A stretch of 64,000 nucleotides of DNA, taken from contig QCDI01000010.1 in the NCBI GenBank assembly GCA_003280965.1, positions 13,581-77,580 of the forward strand, given 5' to 3'. A program made the position numbers and the translations under genes. Positions 28,826-39,453 of the stretch are shown piece by piece. The number at the start of each line of letters is the position of its first letter. Positions within the stretch are counted from its first letter, which is position 1. The stretch is from Prochlorococcus sp. AG-355-B18 (GTDB lineage: Bacteria > Cyanobacteriota > Cyanobacteriia > PCC-6307 > Cyanobiaceae). The notes under the pieces are model-generated. The model ran no database searches and was not told where the DNA came from. It worked only from the letters and a program-made list of their open reading frames with translations.

Positions 28826-29911
28826 TTGAATGATTTGAAGAATTTCAATAATTACTTAGATATAGATAAAATTAACTCTCAATTAAAGAGAGCAGAAAAA
28901 CAAAAAAGAATATTGATTAGAAATATCAATAGGGAATATGAAATTTATCTTAAATTCGTAAGAGATCTACTTTACATCTCAGTTGAAAAAGGGCTTAACC
29001 AAATATATAGTCATCCAACAATTGATGATAATTTCTTAAATGAAAATAAATTTTGCGGGTTCTTTGAAAAAAAAATAAGCAAACTTATTTATTCAAATTT
29101 GCCCTTATTAACAGTAGAACAATTAAAAATAAATGAAATTGAAAAAAACATAAATAAAGAAATTAATTTAAATAGTTTTGATATTTCCCAAAAATCAAAT
29201 GAAGACCAAAAAGAAAAATTTCAATATGAAGATGGTTTTCAATTAGAAGAACCCATGAAGTTCCAGATAAGTAAAGATATTTCAAATACCACAGAATATT
29301 ATCAAGCTAAGGATTATGAGAAATTGTCATCACTTGATTTGGATAATAAGGACCATAATAATTATTTATCTAAAAACAATATTATTGAAAATTTAGGTGT
29401 TGAAAAACAATTTATTTCTTCCCTTCTTGAATTAATAGGTGAAGTAAAGGTTGAGAAACCAAGACATATAGGAGAAGGCAATATCAATCAAATGGATATT
29501 TCACCCAAAAATCAGATTCTTAAAAATTTTGATTTAATCGATAAGTCATTGGAAAATTTACTATTGAATCTTTCATATAAGATTAACCAAGAATTATTTA
29601 AGGCCAATCTAATAAAAAAAATTATATCTAAAGATTCCTTTGATTACTTAGTAGGAAAAAATTTGATGATAAAACACCCATGTCCTTTTGTCATTAATTT
29701 CGAATTCAACTTAAATAGTTCATCATTAAACGGCAATAATTTTCAAAGTATTATTTTTTTTAATATATCTACTGTCGAATTAGAGTTTAAAAATTTAAAT
29801 CTTTCTATTCAAAGGAATAAAATAAATGAGCTAAAAAATCAATTTCAGCGTTTGATTAAAAAAGATAAATACTGGAGGCAAAAAGAAATAACTTTGAATA
29901 AGATACTATGA
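28826..29911 (+). CDS. Hypothetical Asn/Lys-rich protein
   Basis: Long ORF between tsf and recG; likely TTG start at 28826, just after the tsf stop. Confidence 0.75.
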   Translation: MNDLKNFNNYLDIDKINSQLKRAEKQKRILIRNINREYEIYLKFVRDLLYISVEKGLNQIYSHPTIDDNFLNENKFCGFFEKKISKLIYSNLPLLTVEQLKINEIEKNINKEINLNSFDISQKSNEDQKEKFQYEDGFQLEEPMKFQISKDISNTTEYYQAKDYEKLSSLDLDNKDHNNYLSKNNIIENLGVEKQFISSLLELIGEVKVEKPRHIGEGNINQMDISPKNQILKNFDLIDKSLENLLLNLSYKINQELFKANLIKKIISKDSFDYLVGKNLMIKHPCPFVINFEFNLNSSSLNGNNFQSIIFFNISTVELEFKNLNLSIQRNKINELKNQFQRLIKKDKYWRQKEITLNKIL

Positions 29912-29932
29912 AAAAATAACTCTTTTTCAAAT

Positions 29933-32392
29933 GTGACTATTAGCGCGAATGATAACACTAAATTAATTAAAGATTGGATAAGACCTCTTCAAAAGTCCTT
30001 AACTATTGAAACTGAAAACAAATTTATTAATACCCTTGGAAGAGAAAAGTACTTTAGTGATTATTTGCATGAATCATTAAAAAAACTAGATAATCTAAAT
30101 ATTTCAGAGGAATATTTGAGGATATTTCATGAATTTTCAAAAAAATTTAATGAATACAATAAGTTAGATGAAAATCAAAGAAAAAGGTTAATTATAGATA
30201 CAAGAAAAAATCTTTATAAACTTGGTAAAACTCTTGAAATAGTAAGTTCAAATAATATTTCTAATAATGTTTTACTGAATAAAGCCGATTCAAGCTTGTC
30301 TTTTGATTCAGATATTTCATTAATAAAAAATGTAGGAAAAGTTTATAAAAATAAGCTTAATGAATTAGGGATATTTCACATAAAAGATCTAATTAATTAT
30401 TTCCCGCGAACATATCTAGACTATACGAATAGAGTTAAGATAATTAATTTAAAACCAGATAATTTATATACGTGTATCGCAAACGTTAAAAGATTTTATA
30501 TTCATAAGAGTAAAAAGAATAGTAATTTATCAATAATGAATATTGTAGTTTCTGATGAAACGTCTTCAATAAAGGTTACAAAATTTTTTTTAGGAAGAAG
30601 ATTTAGATCTTACTCCTTCTTTACATCTCAAAAATCTTTGTATACTACAGGAACCAAATTAGCAATTTCCGGTAAGGTCAAATTTACAGAGTATGGCAAA
30701 ACTTTTGTAGATCCGCAGATTGAAATTCTTAAGGATAACAATGAGAATTTTAATTTCTCAGGCAAAATATTACCCCTGTATTCATTAGGTGAAGCATTAT
30801 CAAATATGAGTTTTATAAAACTTATGAAAAAAGTACTAATTTATGCAAAGCAATATCCAGAAATTTTAAATAAAAAGCAACTTGATTCATTATCTTTACT
30901 ATCAAAAGGAGAGTCATTGATTAATATTCATTTCCCGCCAACACAACAGGCACTCATTGAATCAAAAAAACGTTTGGTTTTTGATGAATTGTTCCTACTT
31001 CAAATAAAATTCCTACTTAGAAAAAGAAAGGCGAATAAAAATGTAACTTCTCAACAATTACCTCGAAAGAAATCTTTATTAAAAGAATTTTTAAATACTT
31101 TTCCTTTTGAATTAACAAAATCTCAAGAAAATGTTTTAAATGAAATTAAGAAAGATTTATCTAATCCTGTACCAATGTCTAGATTGCTTCAGGGAGACGT
31201 GGGAAGCGGTAAAACCATAATTGCGATAGCGTCTCTTTTACTTGTCATTGAAAAAAACCTGCAAGGTGCATTTATGGTCCCAACTGAGGTGTTAGCGGAA
31301 CAGCATTATAAAAATTTATTAAAATATTTGAACCCACTTTTAGTTTCTGTTGAACTACTTACTGGGAATACTCCTCAAAAAAAGAGAAAAGAAATTTTCT
31401 CTAATTTGAACAATGGATTAGTTGATATCCTCGTAGGTACTCATGCATTATTTGAGGATAAAGTTATCTTTAATGCATTAGGGATGGTGGTAATTGATGA
31501 ACAACATAGATTTGGAGTTACTCAAAGAAATAGATTACTAAATAAAGGAGAAAATACTAACTTGTTATCAATGACAGCAACTCCAATTCCAAGAACTCTT
31601 GCGCTTTCCATTTATGGTGATTTAGATGTTAGTCAAATTACAGAACTCCCTCCTGGGAGAGTTCCTATAACTACGAAAATTATTTCAGAAGATGATTTAA
31701 CTAACTTGTTCAAGATTGTTGAAGATGAGATCAATAAGGGAAAGCAAGCTTATGTGATTTTGCCACTTATAGAAGATTCAGAAAAAATGAATTTAAGCTC
31801 CGCAAAGAAAATATTCAAACATTTATCAGAAGAGGTCTTTTTTAACAAAAAAGTTGGATTATTACATGGCAAATTAAGTTCACAAGAAAAAAATGAAGTG
31901 ATTAATTCTTTTTTAAAGAATGAAATTAATATATTGGTTTCAACCACTGTAATTGAGGTTGGCATTGATGTGCCTAACGCCACAATTATGATTATTTATA
32001 ATTCGGACAGATTTGGATTGTCCCAGCTACATCAATTAAGGGGGAGAGTTGGTAGAGGATCAACAAAATCTTTTTGTTATCTGGTAACCCCCGATAAAAA
32101 TGGATTAGAAAATAAACGACTTTGTGTTTTGCAAAAATCTAATGATGGCTTTTATATTGCTGAAAAAGACTTGGAGCTTAGAGGACCAGGCCAGATTTTA
32201 GGATATAGACAATCCGGATTACCTGATTTTGTATTGGACAATTTACCTAACAATAAATTTCTTATTGATAAGGCTCGTGAAGAGGCTATTAAGATTGTTA
32301 GTGATGATCCTGATTTAACAGAAAATATCGTTTTGAGGAATATACTTATCGATAATTCTGATAATAAATTCATTCATGATTTCTTAAATTGA
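29933..32392 (+). CDS. recG: ATP-dependent DNA helicase RecG
   Basis: QGDVGSGKT, DEQHRFG, LHQLRGRVGRG and DLELRGPG motifs. Confidence 0.97.
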   Translation: MTISANDNTKLIKDWIRPLQKSLTIETENKFINTLGREKYFSDYLHESLKKLDNLNISEEYLRIFHEFSKKFNEYNKLDENQRKRLIIDTRKNLYKLGKTLEIVSSNNISNNVLLNKADSSLSFDSDISLIKNVGKVYKNKLNELGIFHIKDLINYFPRTYLDYTNRVKIINLKPDNLYTCIANVKRFYIHKSKKNSNLSIMNIVVSDETSSIKVTKFFLGRRFRSYSFFTSQKSLYTTGTKLAISGKVKFTEYGKTFVDPQIEILKDNNENFNFSGKILPLYSLGEALSNMSFIKLMKKVLIYAKQYPEILNKKQLDSLSLLSKGESLINIHFPPTQQALIESKKRLVFDELFLLQIKFLLRKRKANKNVTSQQLPRKKSLLKEFLNTFPFELTKSQENVLNEIKKDLSNPVPMSRLLQGDVGSGKTIIAIASLLLVIEKNLQGAFMVPTEVLAEQHYKNLLKYLNPLLVSVELLTGNTPQKKRKEIFSNLNNGLVDILVGTHALFEDKVIFNALGMVVIDEQHRFGVTQRNRLLNKGENTNLLSMTATPIPRTLALSIYGDLDVSQITELPPGRVPITTKIISEDDLTNLFKIVEDEINKGKQAYVILPLIEDSEKMNLSSAKKIFKHLSEEVFFNKKVGLLHGKLSSQEKNEVINSFLKNEINILVSTTVIEVGIDVPNATIMIIYNSDRFGLSQLHQLRGRVGRGSTKSFCYLVTPDKNGLENKRLCVLQKSNDGFYIAEKDLELRGPGQILGYRQSGLPDFVLDNLPNNKFLIDKAREEAIKIVSDDPDLTENIVLRNILIDNSDNKFIHDFLN

Positions 32393-32449
32393 AAACTATC
32401 ATTGTAATTTTTGATATATATGCCACTATAAATCAATTGCAAATTTCAA

Positions 32450-33133
32450 TTGAAAATTTGGAATAAAATACCAATTAAAGATAATGGAGATAAATTAATA
32501 GTTATACCTAGCTGCTTAAAGTTTTTAGATCCCCACCCTTACTATCATTTAGGAGCACCTTACAAAGATAAAACTTCTATTTGGAAATTAAGAGAGGAGG
32601 TCGTAAATAGATTAGTAAAAGTAAATGATTATTTGATATCAAAGAGTAGTTTTAACCTTTTAATTTATGACAGTTGGCGACCTTTAGAAGTCCAGGAATT
32701 TATGTTTAAAAGAGCATTTTTATTAGAGTGTGAAAAATCCGATATTGATATTTCTTTTGAAAATATGAAATCTTATCCATCCATTTTAAAAAAAGTTGAA
32801 AAATTTTGGGCATATCCTTCTTATGACACTATGTGTCCTCCACCTCATTCAACTGGGGGTGCATTGGATGTTTGTTTATCAGATAAAGAAGGAAATCTTG
32901 TTGAAATGGGAAGCATGGTTGATCAAATGGATGAGACCTCAAATCCTTATTTTTATGCAAATATGAAGAATGAAGAAGCAATTATTTGGAATAGTAGAAG
33001 AAATTTATTAAGGGAAATTATGACTAAATTTGGATTCGCTCAACATCCTAATGAATGGTGGCATTTTAGTTATGGTGATCAATTATGGGCTTGGAAAAAT
33101 AAAAAAGCAAATGCCCTTTATGGAAAAATTTAA
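32450..33133 (+). CDS. ddpX: D-Ala-D-Ala dipeptidase (M15D, VanX/DdpX-like)
   Basis: YDSWRP, PHSTGGALD and EWWHF motifs. Confidence 0.85.
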   Translation: MKIWNKIPIKDNGDKLIVIPSCLKFLDPHPYYHLGAPYKDKTSIWKLREEVVNRLVKVNDYLISKSSFNLLIYDSWRPLEVQEFMFKRAFLLECEKSDIDISFENMKSYPSILKKVEKFWAYPSYDTMCPPPHSTGGALDVCLSDKEGNLVEMGSMVDQMDETSNPYFYANMKNEEAIIWNSRRNLLREIMTKFGFAQHPNEWWHFSYGDQLWAWKNKKANALYGKI

Positions 33134-33136
33134 ATT

Positions 33137-34924
33137 CTATTGATTTTTATTTAGTAAATTCAATATATAATTTTCATCTTGAGTATTTATGAAATCTCCG
33201 AAATCCAAATTCAAATTACTCTTCCACTTATCAAATAATGGTTGAAGAGTTTTTTCTAAATCGTTAAGTTCCATTCTTTGTAAGAATGGTTTAGCCAGCC
33301 TTTGTAGATTTTTACTTCCCCCCAACCATAATTGGTATTTGTTTTGCCCACTTCCAACAAGTGCTAATTCGGCCATATAAGGTCTGGTACATCCGTTCGG
33401 GCATCCTGTCATTCTGAATAATATTGTTTTTTGTATTTCAAGATCTAATAGTAAATTTTCAATCCTTTTTAATACATCAGGTAATATTCTTTCGGCTTCA
33501 GTCATTGCAAGACCACAAAGTGGTAAAGCAGGACAAGCTAAAGCATGTCTTTGTATTTCATTTATGTTTTCTAAATTTTCATATCCAATTTTTGATAAAG
33601 ATTTTTGAATTTCATCTTTGTTTTTATTGGCGATATTACAAAGTAAAATATCTTGATTAGGTGTGAGTCTTAAATCTAAATTATATTTTTTAACAATGCT
33701 TGTGATGGTATTCTTTTTCTCTCCAGATAATCTCCCTGATAATAATGGTAAACCTACGAAATAGGAGGTTTTATTTTGCTTATTCCAACCTAGGTAATCA
33801 ATAAGAACCTTATCTGGTTCTTTTCTGATTTTTTTAATTTCTTTTTTGAAATACTTATCAGAAAGTATCTTTTTGAACCATTTAATACCTTTTCTATGAA
33901 GAAGATATTTCATTCTGGAATTTTTTCTTGATTTTCTATCGCCATAATCTCTTTGAATGGCCACAATGCTTTGTATTAATTCATAAACATCAGGTTCTTC
34001 AACATATCCAAGTGGATCTGCAATTCTGGCAAAGGTCTCTTCATTGTTATGTGTGCGACCCATACCACCTCCAACATAGAAGTTGCACCCTTCTAAGTTT
34101 CCATCTTTAGAAGTAAAGGCAACTATGCCAATGTCATTGGTTAGAAGATCAACAGAATTATCTCCAGGAACTGTCACAGCACATTTGAATTTTCTCGGTA
34201 AATAAGTTGAACCATAGAGAGGTTCATCTTTTATTCCACTAAAAACATTATCTTTGAATTGTAGCTTCCTAATTTCTTCAATATCTTTATCAGGCTTTAT
34301 GGTGTACTCTAAATCTCCATCAGCCCAAAGTTCTAAAAAAGTGCCTTGGCCAGCCATTGGGGTGAGAAGATCTGCAACTTTTTTTGCCAATGCTCTCGCA
34401 ACATTATAGTCTGGCGAATCAAATGGAGCAGCAGGGGCCATAACGTTTCTATTTATGTCTCCACATGCAGCTAATGTGGAGCCCATTGAATTTACTATTG
34501 TTTGAATTACTTCTTTTAGGTTCTCCTTTCTAATTCCATGCATTTGGAAGGCTTGTCTTGTAGTGGCCCTAAGTGTTCCATTACCTAGTTTGTCAGATAA
34601 TTCATCTAATGCTAAAAATAATTTCCCAGGGATTTCACCGCCCGGATTTCTTAACCTAAGCATCATTTGCCAATCTTTACTCTTGCCCGGCCTTCTATTT
34701 TCCCTGTTATCTTGTTGATAACTACCATGAAATTTCAATAACTGAACTGCATCATTAGTAAAATGATCGCTATCATTAACTAATTCCGTAGCAAGAGGTT
34801 CCTTCAGAAATTGGCTACTTTTTTTAAAATTTTCAAATTTTGAAACTTCGAGTCCATTAGCCAAACAAACAGTTTCTTCTTTGGCAGAGTCTTTTTTCTT
34901 TTTTACTTTCTCAACCTTGATCAA
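33137..34924 (-). CDS. sir: Ferredoxin-sulfite reductase
   Basis: LKFHGSYQQDNR, LPRKFK, ACPALPLC and TGCPNGC siroheme/4Fe-4S motifs. Confidence 0.93.
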   Translation of the reverse strand: MIKVEKVKKKKDSAKEETVCLANGLEVSKFENFKKSSQFLKEPLATELVNDSDHFTNDAVQLLKFHGSYQQDNRENRRPGKSKDWQMMLRLRNPGGEIPGKLFLALDELSDKLGNGTLRATTRQAFQMHGIRKENLKEVIQTIVNSMGSTLAACGDINRNVMAPAAPFDSPDYNVARALAKKVADLLTPMAGQGTFLELWADGDLEYTIKPDKDIEEIRKLQFKDNVFSGIKDEPLYGSTYLPRKFKCAVTVPGDNSVDLLTNDIGIVAFTSKDGNLEGCNFYVGGGMGRTHNNEETFARIADPLGYVEEPDVYELIQSIVAIQRDYGDRKSRKNSRMKYLLHRKGIKWFKKILSDKYFKKEIKKIRKEPDKVLIDYLGWNKQNKTSYFVGLPLLSGRLSGEKKNTITSIVKKYNLDLRLTPNQDILLCNIANKNKDEIQKSLSKIGYENLENINEIQRHALACPALPLCGLAMTEAERILPDVLKRIENLLLDLEIQKTILFRMTGCPNGCTRPYMAELALVGSGQNKYQLWLGGSKNLQRLAKPFLQRMELNDLEKTLQPLFDKWKSNLNLDFGDFINTQDENYILNLLNKNQ

Positions 34925-35011
34925 AGGACCAAAACATATCTCTTTTTATACATTAGCGAAAAGCTTATTTAACTGGTAGTAAATTATAGTAATAGAAGTC
35001 ATAATTTTTTC

Positions 35012-37180
35012 TTGTCTAAATATTTACTTGAGATAGGAACCGAAGAGTTGCCCGCAAAATTTTCTCATTCTGTTCTAGAGCAATTTAAATCTCTAATAGA
35101 ATTTGAATTGGATAAAAAGTTGATCAAATTCAACAATATCGTTGTTACTTCTACACCAAGGAGAATTGTTCTACTTTTAGAAGGGTTAGTTGATTATGCA
35201 GAAGATAAGACGATAGTAAGAAAAGGACCTAAAGCCAATTCAGCTTTTTTAGATGGATCTCCTACTAATGCAGCTTTAGGATTTGCGAATAGTTTAGGTA
35301 TAGATGTAGGAGAGCTAGAAATAAAAAATACAGAAAAGGGCGATTTTGTTTTTGGAAAGAAAATTGAGAAGGGACAATCCACAAAAATTTCTTTGTCTTC
35401 AATTGTTCCTAAAGTAATGAAGAGTCTTCAAGGTCCACGATTTATGAAATGGGGGGCTGGAAATACAAAATTTTCAAGACCTATTAGGTGGATTACTTCT
35501 ATCTACAATGATGATATTCTTGATTTCGTATTTGATGAATGTGATCCAAATATTCAAATAAGTAATAAATCAAAAAGTCATAGACTAATCAATAAAGTTA
35601 TTGAAGTTCAAAATCCTGATAATTTTTTTGAATTAATGATTCAAAATAGGGTATTAGTTGAGCGTCAAGAAAGAAAAGAAAAAATTGAAAGTCTTATAAA
35701 TCAGGCCTCTAAATTACTAAATCTGAAGCCTGATCTTTCTAAAGGATTGCTTGATGAACTAACTGATTTAGTTGAATGGCCCGAATTGATTATTGGTAAA
35801 TTTAGCGATGAATTTCTTAATCTCCCAGTTGAAGTTCTTTCCACAGTCATGAAAAGTCATCAGAGATATGTGCCTCTTTTATTGAATAATAGTACTTTTT
35901 CAAAACTAGATTTAAGCTCTGAAAAAAATATTAGTACAAATTTTTTCGTTATTTCAAATGGTCTTGATGAATCAAATAAAAACATTGCGAAGGGTAATGA
36001 GAAGGTTTTGAGGGCTAGGTTTTCAGATGCAAAGTTTTTTGTAGAAAGTGATAAAAAAGTTGCTTCAATTGAAAGAAATGAAAAACTTAAATCTGTTTCT
36101 TATTTAAAAGGACTTGGAAATATCTTTCAGAGAGTTAAGAGAATAGAGGAAGTTACAAAAAATATCCTTACATTTTTAAATGATAAGTCTTTAGAAGATA
36201 AAAAAATAATAGAAGCTGCTAGATTCTGTAAAAACGACTTATGTAGTGAAATTGTTTTCGAATTCCCTGAGTTGCAAGGAATAATGGGTGGTAAATATCT
36301 TAAAAATGAAGGTTTTAGTGAGGATGTTTGTTTGGCTGTGGCTGAACATTACTTGCCCTCTTTTTATAAAGATGCCTTGCCTTCGTCAAAATATGGCGCG
36401 ATAGTTTCTGTCGCAGATAAGATTGAAACTTTAATAAGTATATTTATTTCCGGTAAGCGTCCAAGTGGATCTTCTGATCCTTATGCTTTGAGAAGAAATT
36501 TGAACGGAGTGATTAAAATAATTTGGGATTATGAACTTGATTTGCCTTTAGAAAAGTTATTTAACGAACTTATTGATTTTTGGAAAATCGAATTCCCTAA
36601 TTTGGACTTCTCAAAAAAGGAAGTTTTAAATGATTTAATTGAATTTCTAGTTCAAAGAATTGTTAGTCATCTTGAAGAAATATCACTTAGTAAAGAATTG
36701 ATAAAAGCCCTTTACTCTTCTGATGAGTTTTCTCAAAAAAGAATTTTGAATATTGTTGATCTTAAAAATAGAGTTAAAAGTATTATCAATTTTAAAGAAA
36801 AAGAAACTTTTTTTGAAATCCAGAAGGTAATTACAAGGGTAAGTAAATTAGCTTATAGTAGTAATCTTTCAACAGAGGTATTATCTATAGGAGATTATGT
36901 GAACACAAAACTTTTTGAAAAAGATTGTGAATTGAAAGTTTTTGAATTTATTAAGGAACTAGAAAAACTTTATTCAAAAGGTTCTTGCGATTATTTGAAA
37001 CTTCTAAACTTATTCGAGATCAATATAAATACTATTGAGGATTTATTTGACAATGAAAAAGGGGTCCTTGTAATGACAGAGGATATTAAAGTACGAAATA
37101 ATAGACTAAATTTGTTGAGCTTAATTAGAAATTATTCTCTAAAGATCGCTGACTTTACACTTTTGAACTCTTTACTTTAA
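35012..37180 (+). CDS. glyS: Glycine-tRNA ligase beta subunit
   Basis: LLEIGTEELP, FSRPIRW, EFPELQG and SGSSDPYALRR. Confidence 0.97.
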   Translation: MSKYLLEIGTEELPAKFSHSVLEQFKSLIEFELDKKLIKFNNIVVTSTPRRIVLLLEGLVDYAEDKTIVRKGPKANSAFLDGSPTNAALGFANSLGIDVGELEIKNTEKGDFVFGKKIEKGQSTKISLSSIVPKVMKSLQGPRFMKWGAGNTKFSRPIRWITSIYNDDILDFVFDECDPNIQISNKSKSHRLINKVIEVQNPDNFFELMIQNRVLVERQERKEKIESLINQASKLLNLKPDLSKGLLDELTDLVEWPELIIGKFSDEFLNLPVEVLSTVMKSHQRYVPLLLNNSTFSKLDLSSEKNISTNFFVISNGLDESNKNIAKGNEKVLRARFSDAKFFVESDKKVASIERNEKLKSVSYLKGLGNIFQRVKRIEEVTKNILTFLNDKSLEDKKIIEAARFCKNDLCSEIVFEFPELQGIMGGKYLKNEGFSEDVCLAVAEHYLPSFYKDALPSSKYGAIVSVADKIETLISIFISGKRPSGSSDPYALRRNLNGVIKIIWDYELDLPLEKLFNELIDFWKIEFPNLDFSKKEVLNDLIEFLVQRIVSHLEEISLSKELIKALYSSDEFSQKRILNIVDLKNRVKSIINFKEKETFFEIQKVITRVSKLAYSSNLSTEVLSIGDYVNTKLFEKDCELKVFEFIKELEKLYSKGSCDYLKLLNLFEININTIEDLFDNEKGVLVMTEDIKVRNNRLNLLSLIRNYSLKIADFTLLNSLL

Positions 37181-38495
37181 TGCCACCTTTAATTGAATAA
37201 TTTTTTAGCATTTTTTCTACTTCTTTATTTTCCCTAACAGCACTATCAACGGGTTTATATTTTAGTGGTGCTAGAGCTTTGCCTCTTAAGATAGAACCAA
37301 GTGTAAGCATTGTGATTTTAAGTTGCTGTAATGGTTTCATAGAAACAACTCTTTTGTATAAATAACTATCAAAAGTAAGTCTTTGTACATCCATGTCATC
37401 ACACATTTCAACAAAGGCTTCTCTTGCGGAATCATTTCTATAGAAGATATTTTGGAGGATTTCTAAAACCTTATAAGTTGTGCCATACTTTTTATCCCAT
37501 TTCTTAAGATAGTTTTTTAAATCTTTTTCAGATGGAATTACTTCACCGTTTTTTGAGGCTTCAACAATTTCTTCAGCACACATTCTCCCACTCTTTGCAG
37601 CAAAGTAGATGCCCTCACCGGAACTTTTTGTAACATAACCTGCGGCATCACCAACAAGGGCCATTCTACCAACTACTCTTCTTGGTCTTGGATGCTCAGG
37701 TATTGGATGTGCTTCTACTTTTATTACCTCACCATTAACTAGTCTTTTCATTGCCCTACTCCTAACTCCCTCTTGGAGTCCTTTTATTAGGGACTGATTC
37801 TTTTGCATGGTTCCAGTGCCGACAGCAACATGATCATATTTAGGAAAAACCCACCCATAAAAATCAGGAGAAACATCAGTGCCGACATACATTTCGGCAA
37901 GATCTTCATAGTAACTCATTTCTTCTTTAGGCAATTTAATTCTTTCTTGAAATGCAATAGCAACTTTGTAATCTCCTGCATCCATTGCTTTAGCAACTCT
38001 ACTATTGGCTCCATCAGCTCCAATTAAAAGATCAACAGTAAGCTCTTTGAGCTCTCCTTTTTTGTCCCCATTCGTAAAATCTGAATAGGAGAGTTTATAT
38101 GGCCCTTGATTATTTTCGCCAGTATCAATAGAGGTAACTAATCCATTTATAAGTGTGGCACCAAGATCTGAAGCTCTGTTGCGCATAAAAGCATCCATTA
38201 CTTCTCTTCTACACATACCAATAAACTCATTATCGCTTTTTCCATAAACTCTATCTAGGCTAATATCTACTTCTCTGTTTGATGGAGATATCATTTTCAT
38301 ATGCCTTACTTTTCTATCAATAATTGATTCAGGCAAATCAAATTCCTCCACCATGCAAAGAGGAATAGCCCCTCCACATGGTTTTGCATTATCTAATTTC
38401 CTCTCGAAGAGCCAAGTTTTTATTCCAGCTTTGGCAAGTATTTCTGCAGCACATGAACCACTTGGACCTCCTCCAATAACAGCTACCCTCAACAT
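37155..38495 (-). CDS. chlP: Geranylgeranyl reductase
   Basis: GGGPSG, AKPCGGAIP and GDAAGYVTKSSGEGIYFA. Confidence 0.97.
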   Translation of the reverse strand: MLRVAVIGGGPSGSCAAEILAKAGIKTWLFERKLDNAKPCGGAIPLCMVEEFDLPESIIDRKVRHMKMISPSNREVDISLDRVYGKSDNEFIGMCRREVMDAFMRNRASDLGATLINGLVTSIDTGENNQGPYKLSYSDFTNGDKKGELKELTVDLLIGADGANSRVAKAMDAGDYKVAIAFQERIKLPKEEMSYYEDLAEMYVGTDVSPDFYGWVFPKYDHVAVGTGTMQKNQSLIKGLQEGVRSRAMKRLVNGEVIKVEAHPIPEHPRPRRVVGRMALVGDAAGYVTKSSGEGIYFAAKSGRMCAEEIVEASKNGEVIPSEKDLKNYLKKWDKKYGTTYKVLEILQNIFYRNDSAREAFVEMCDDMDVQRLTFDSYLYKRVVSMKPLQQLKITMLTLGSILRGKALAPLKYKPVDSAVRENKEVEKMLKNYSIKGGIKVKSSKV

Positions 38496-38609
38496 ACGAA
38501 AAAAAAATAATACTGTATATAAAACCTACATCTTTTTTGCTTATAAAAGTGCATTTCTTAAAATAATGGTTAATATCGAAATATGTTTTCCAAATTCAGC
38601 TAATAAATA

Positions 38610-39323
38610 TTGGAACAAAACAAAGACATTAACCAATTTGATATACCGCTCGCAAAAAGAATTTACTTAAATAAGCCTAAATCAATATTATCTAAAAAAG
38701 TATTATTACTTTCTCCATTTCTTTTTCTTCTTTTTTCTTTGGCTTCATTGCGATTGATTAGAAATATAGAATTAGGACCTTTTAGTGTTCTTAATTTTCA
38801 GGCTGAGAAAAATCCTGAACGTAGAATTTTGGGCCATCTACCCTATGAGGAAATCCCCAAGGATAAACTTGTTTTGATTGAGCCAAATATTGAAGTTCAC
38901 ATTGATATGCGTGATTCTTTATTAAATATGAGAGAAGAAGCGAAAAAAGATGGGATATATTTGGTCTTCTTGAGTGGTTTCAGATCAATAAATTTGCAAA
39001 ACGAAATCTTTTATTCTTTAAAATCCTTTAGAAATCAAGTGGCAGCAGAAAGAGCAAGAGTTTCAGCCCCTCCAGGATATTCTGAACATAGTACTGGTTT
39101 CGCAATTGATATTGGTGATGCCACTCAAAGAGAAACAGACTTTGAGACTGAATTCGAAAATACTGATGCCTTTAGATGGTTAATAAAAAATGCAGCTAAG
39201 TTTCACTTTAAGTTATCGTTCAACAAAAATAATAAATACATAGATTACGAACCTTGGCATTGGAGATATGAAGGGTCTATTGAAGCTCTAAAAGTTTTTG
39301 AAACTTCAAACAGAGAACTATAA
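38610..39323 (+). CDS. D-Ala-D-Ala carboxypeptidase (M15B, VanY-like)
   Basis: SGFRS, SAPPGYSEHSTGFAID and YEPWHWRY motifs; N-terminal TM helix. Confidence 0.9.
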   Translation: MEQNKDINQFDIPLAKRIYLNKPKSILSKKVLLLSPFLFLLFSLASLRLIRNIELGPFSVLNFQAEKNPERRILGHLPYEEIPKDKLVLIEPNIEVHIDMRDSLLNMREEAKKDGIYLVFLSGFRSINLQNEIFYSLKSFRNQVAAERARVSAPPGYSEHSTGFAIDIGDATQRETDFETEFENTDAFRWLIKNAAKFHFKLSFNKNNKYIDYEPWHWRYEGSIEALKVFETSNREL

Positions 39324-39453
39324 ATCTAAATTGTTAATTAAATTACCCCAATATGTTTATGTTTTTGAAAGTCTCAAAGAGAAAATTTTCATAATAAGCA
39401 TCCTTTGAGTTAGCCTTAATAAAGTTAATCTATTATTTATAGAAATTTTATAA

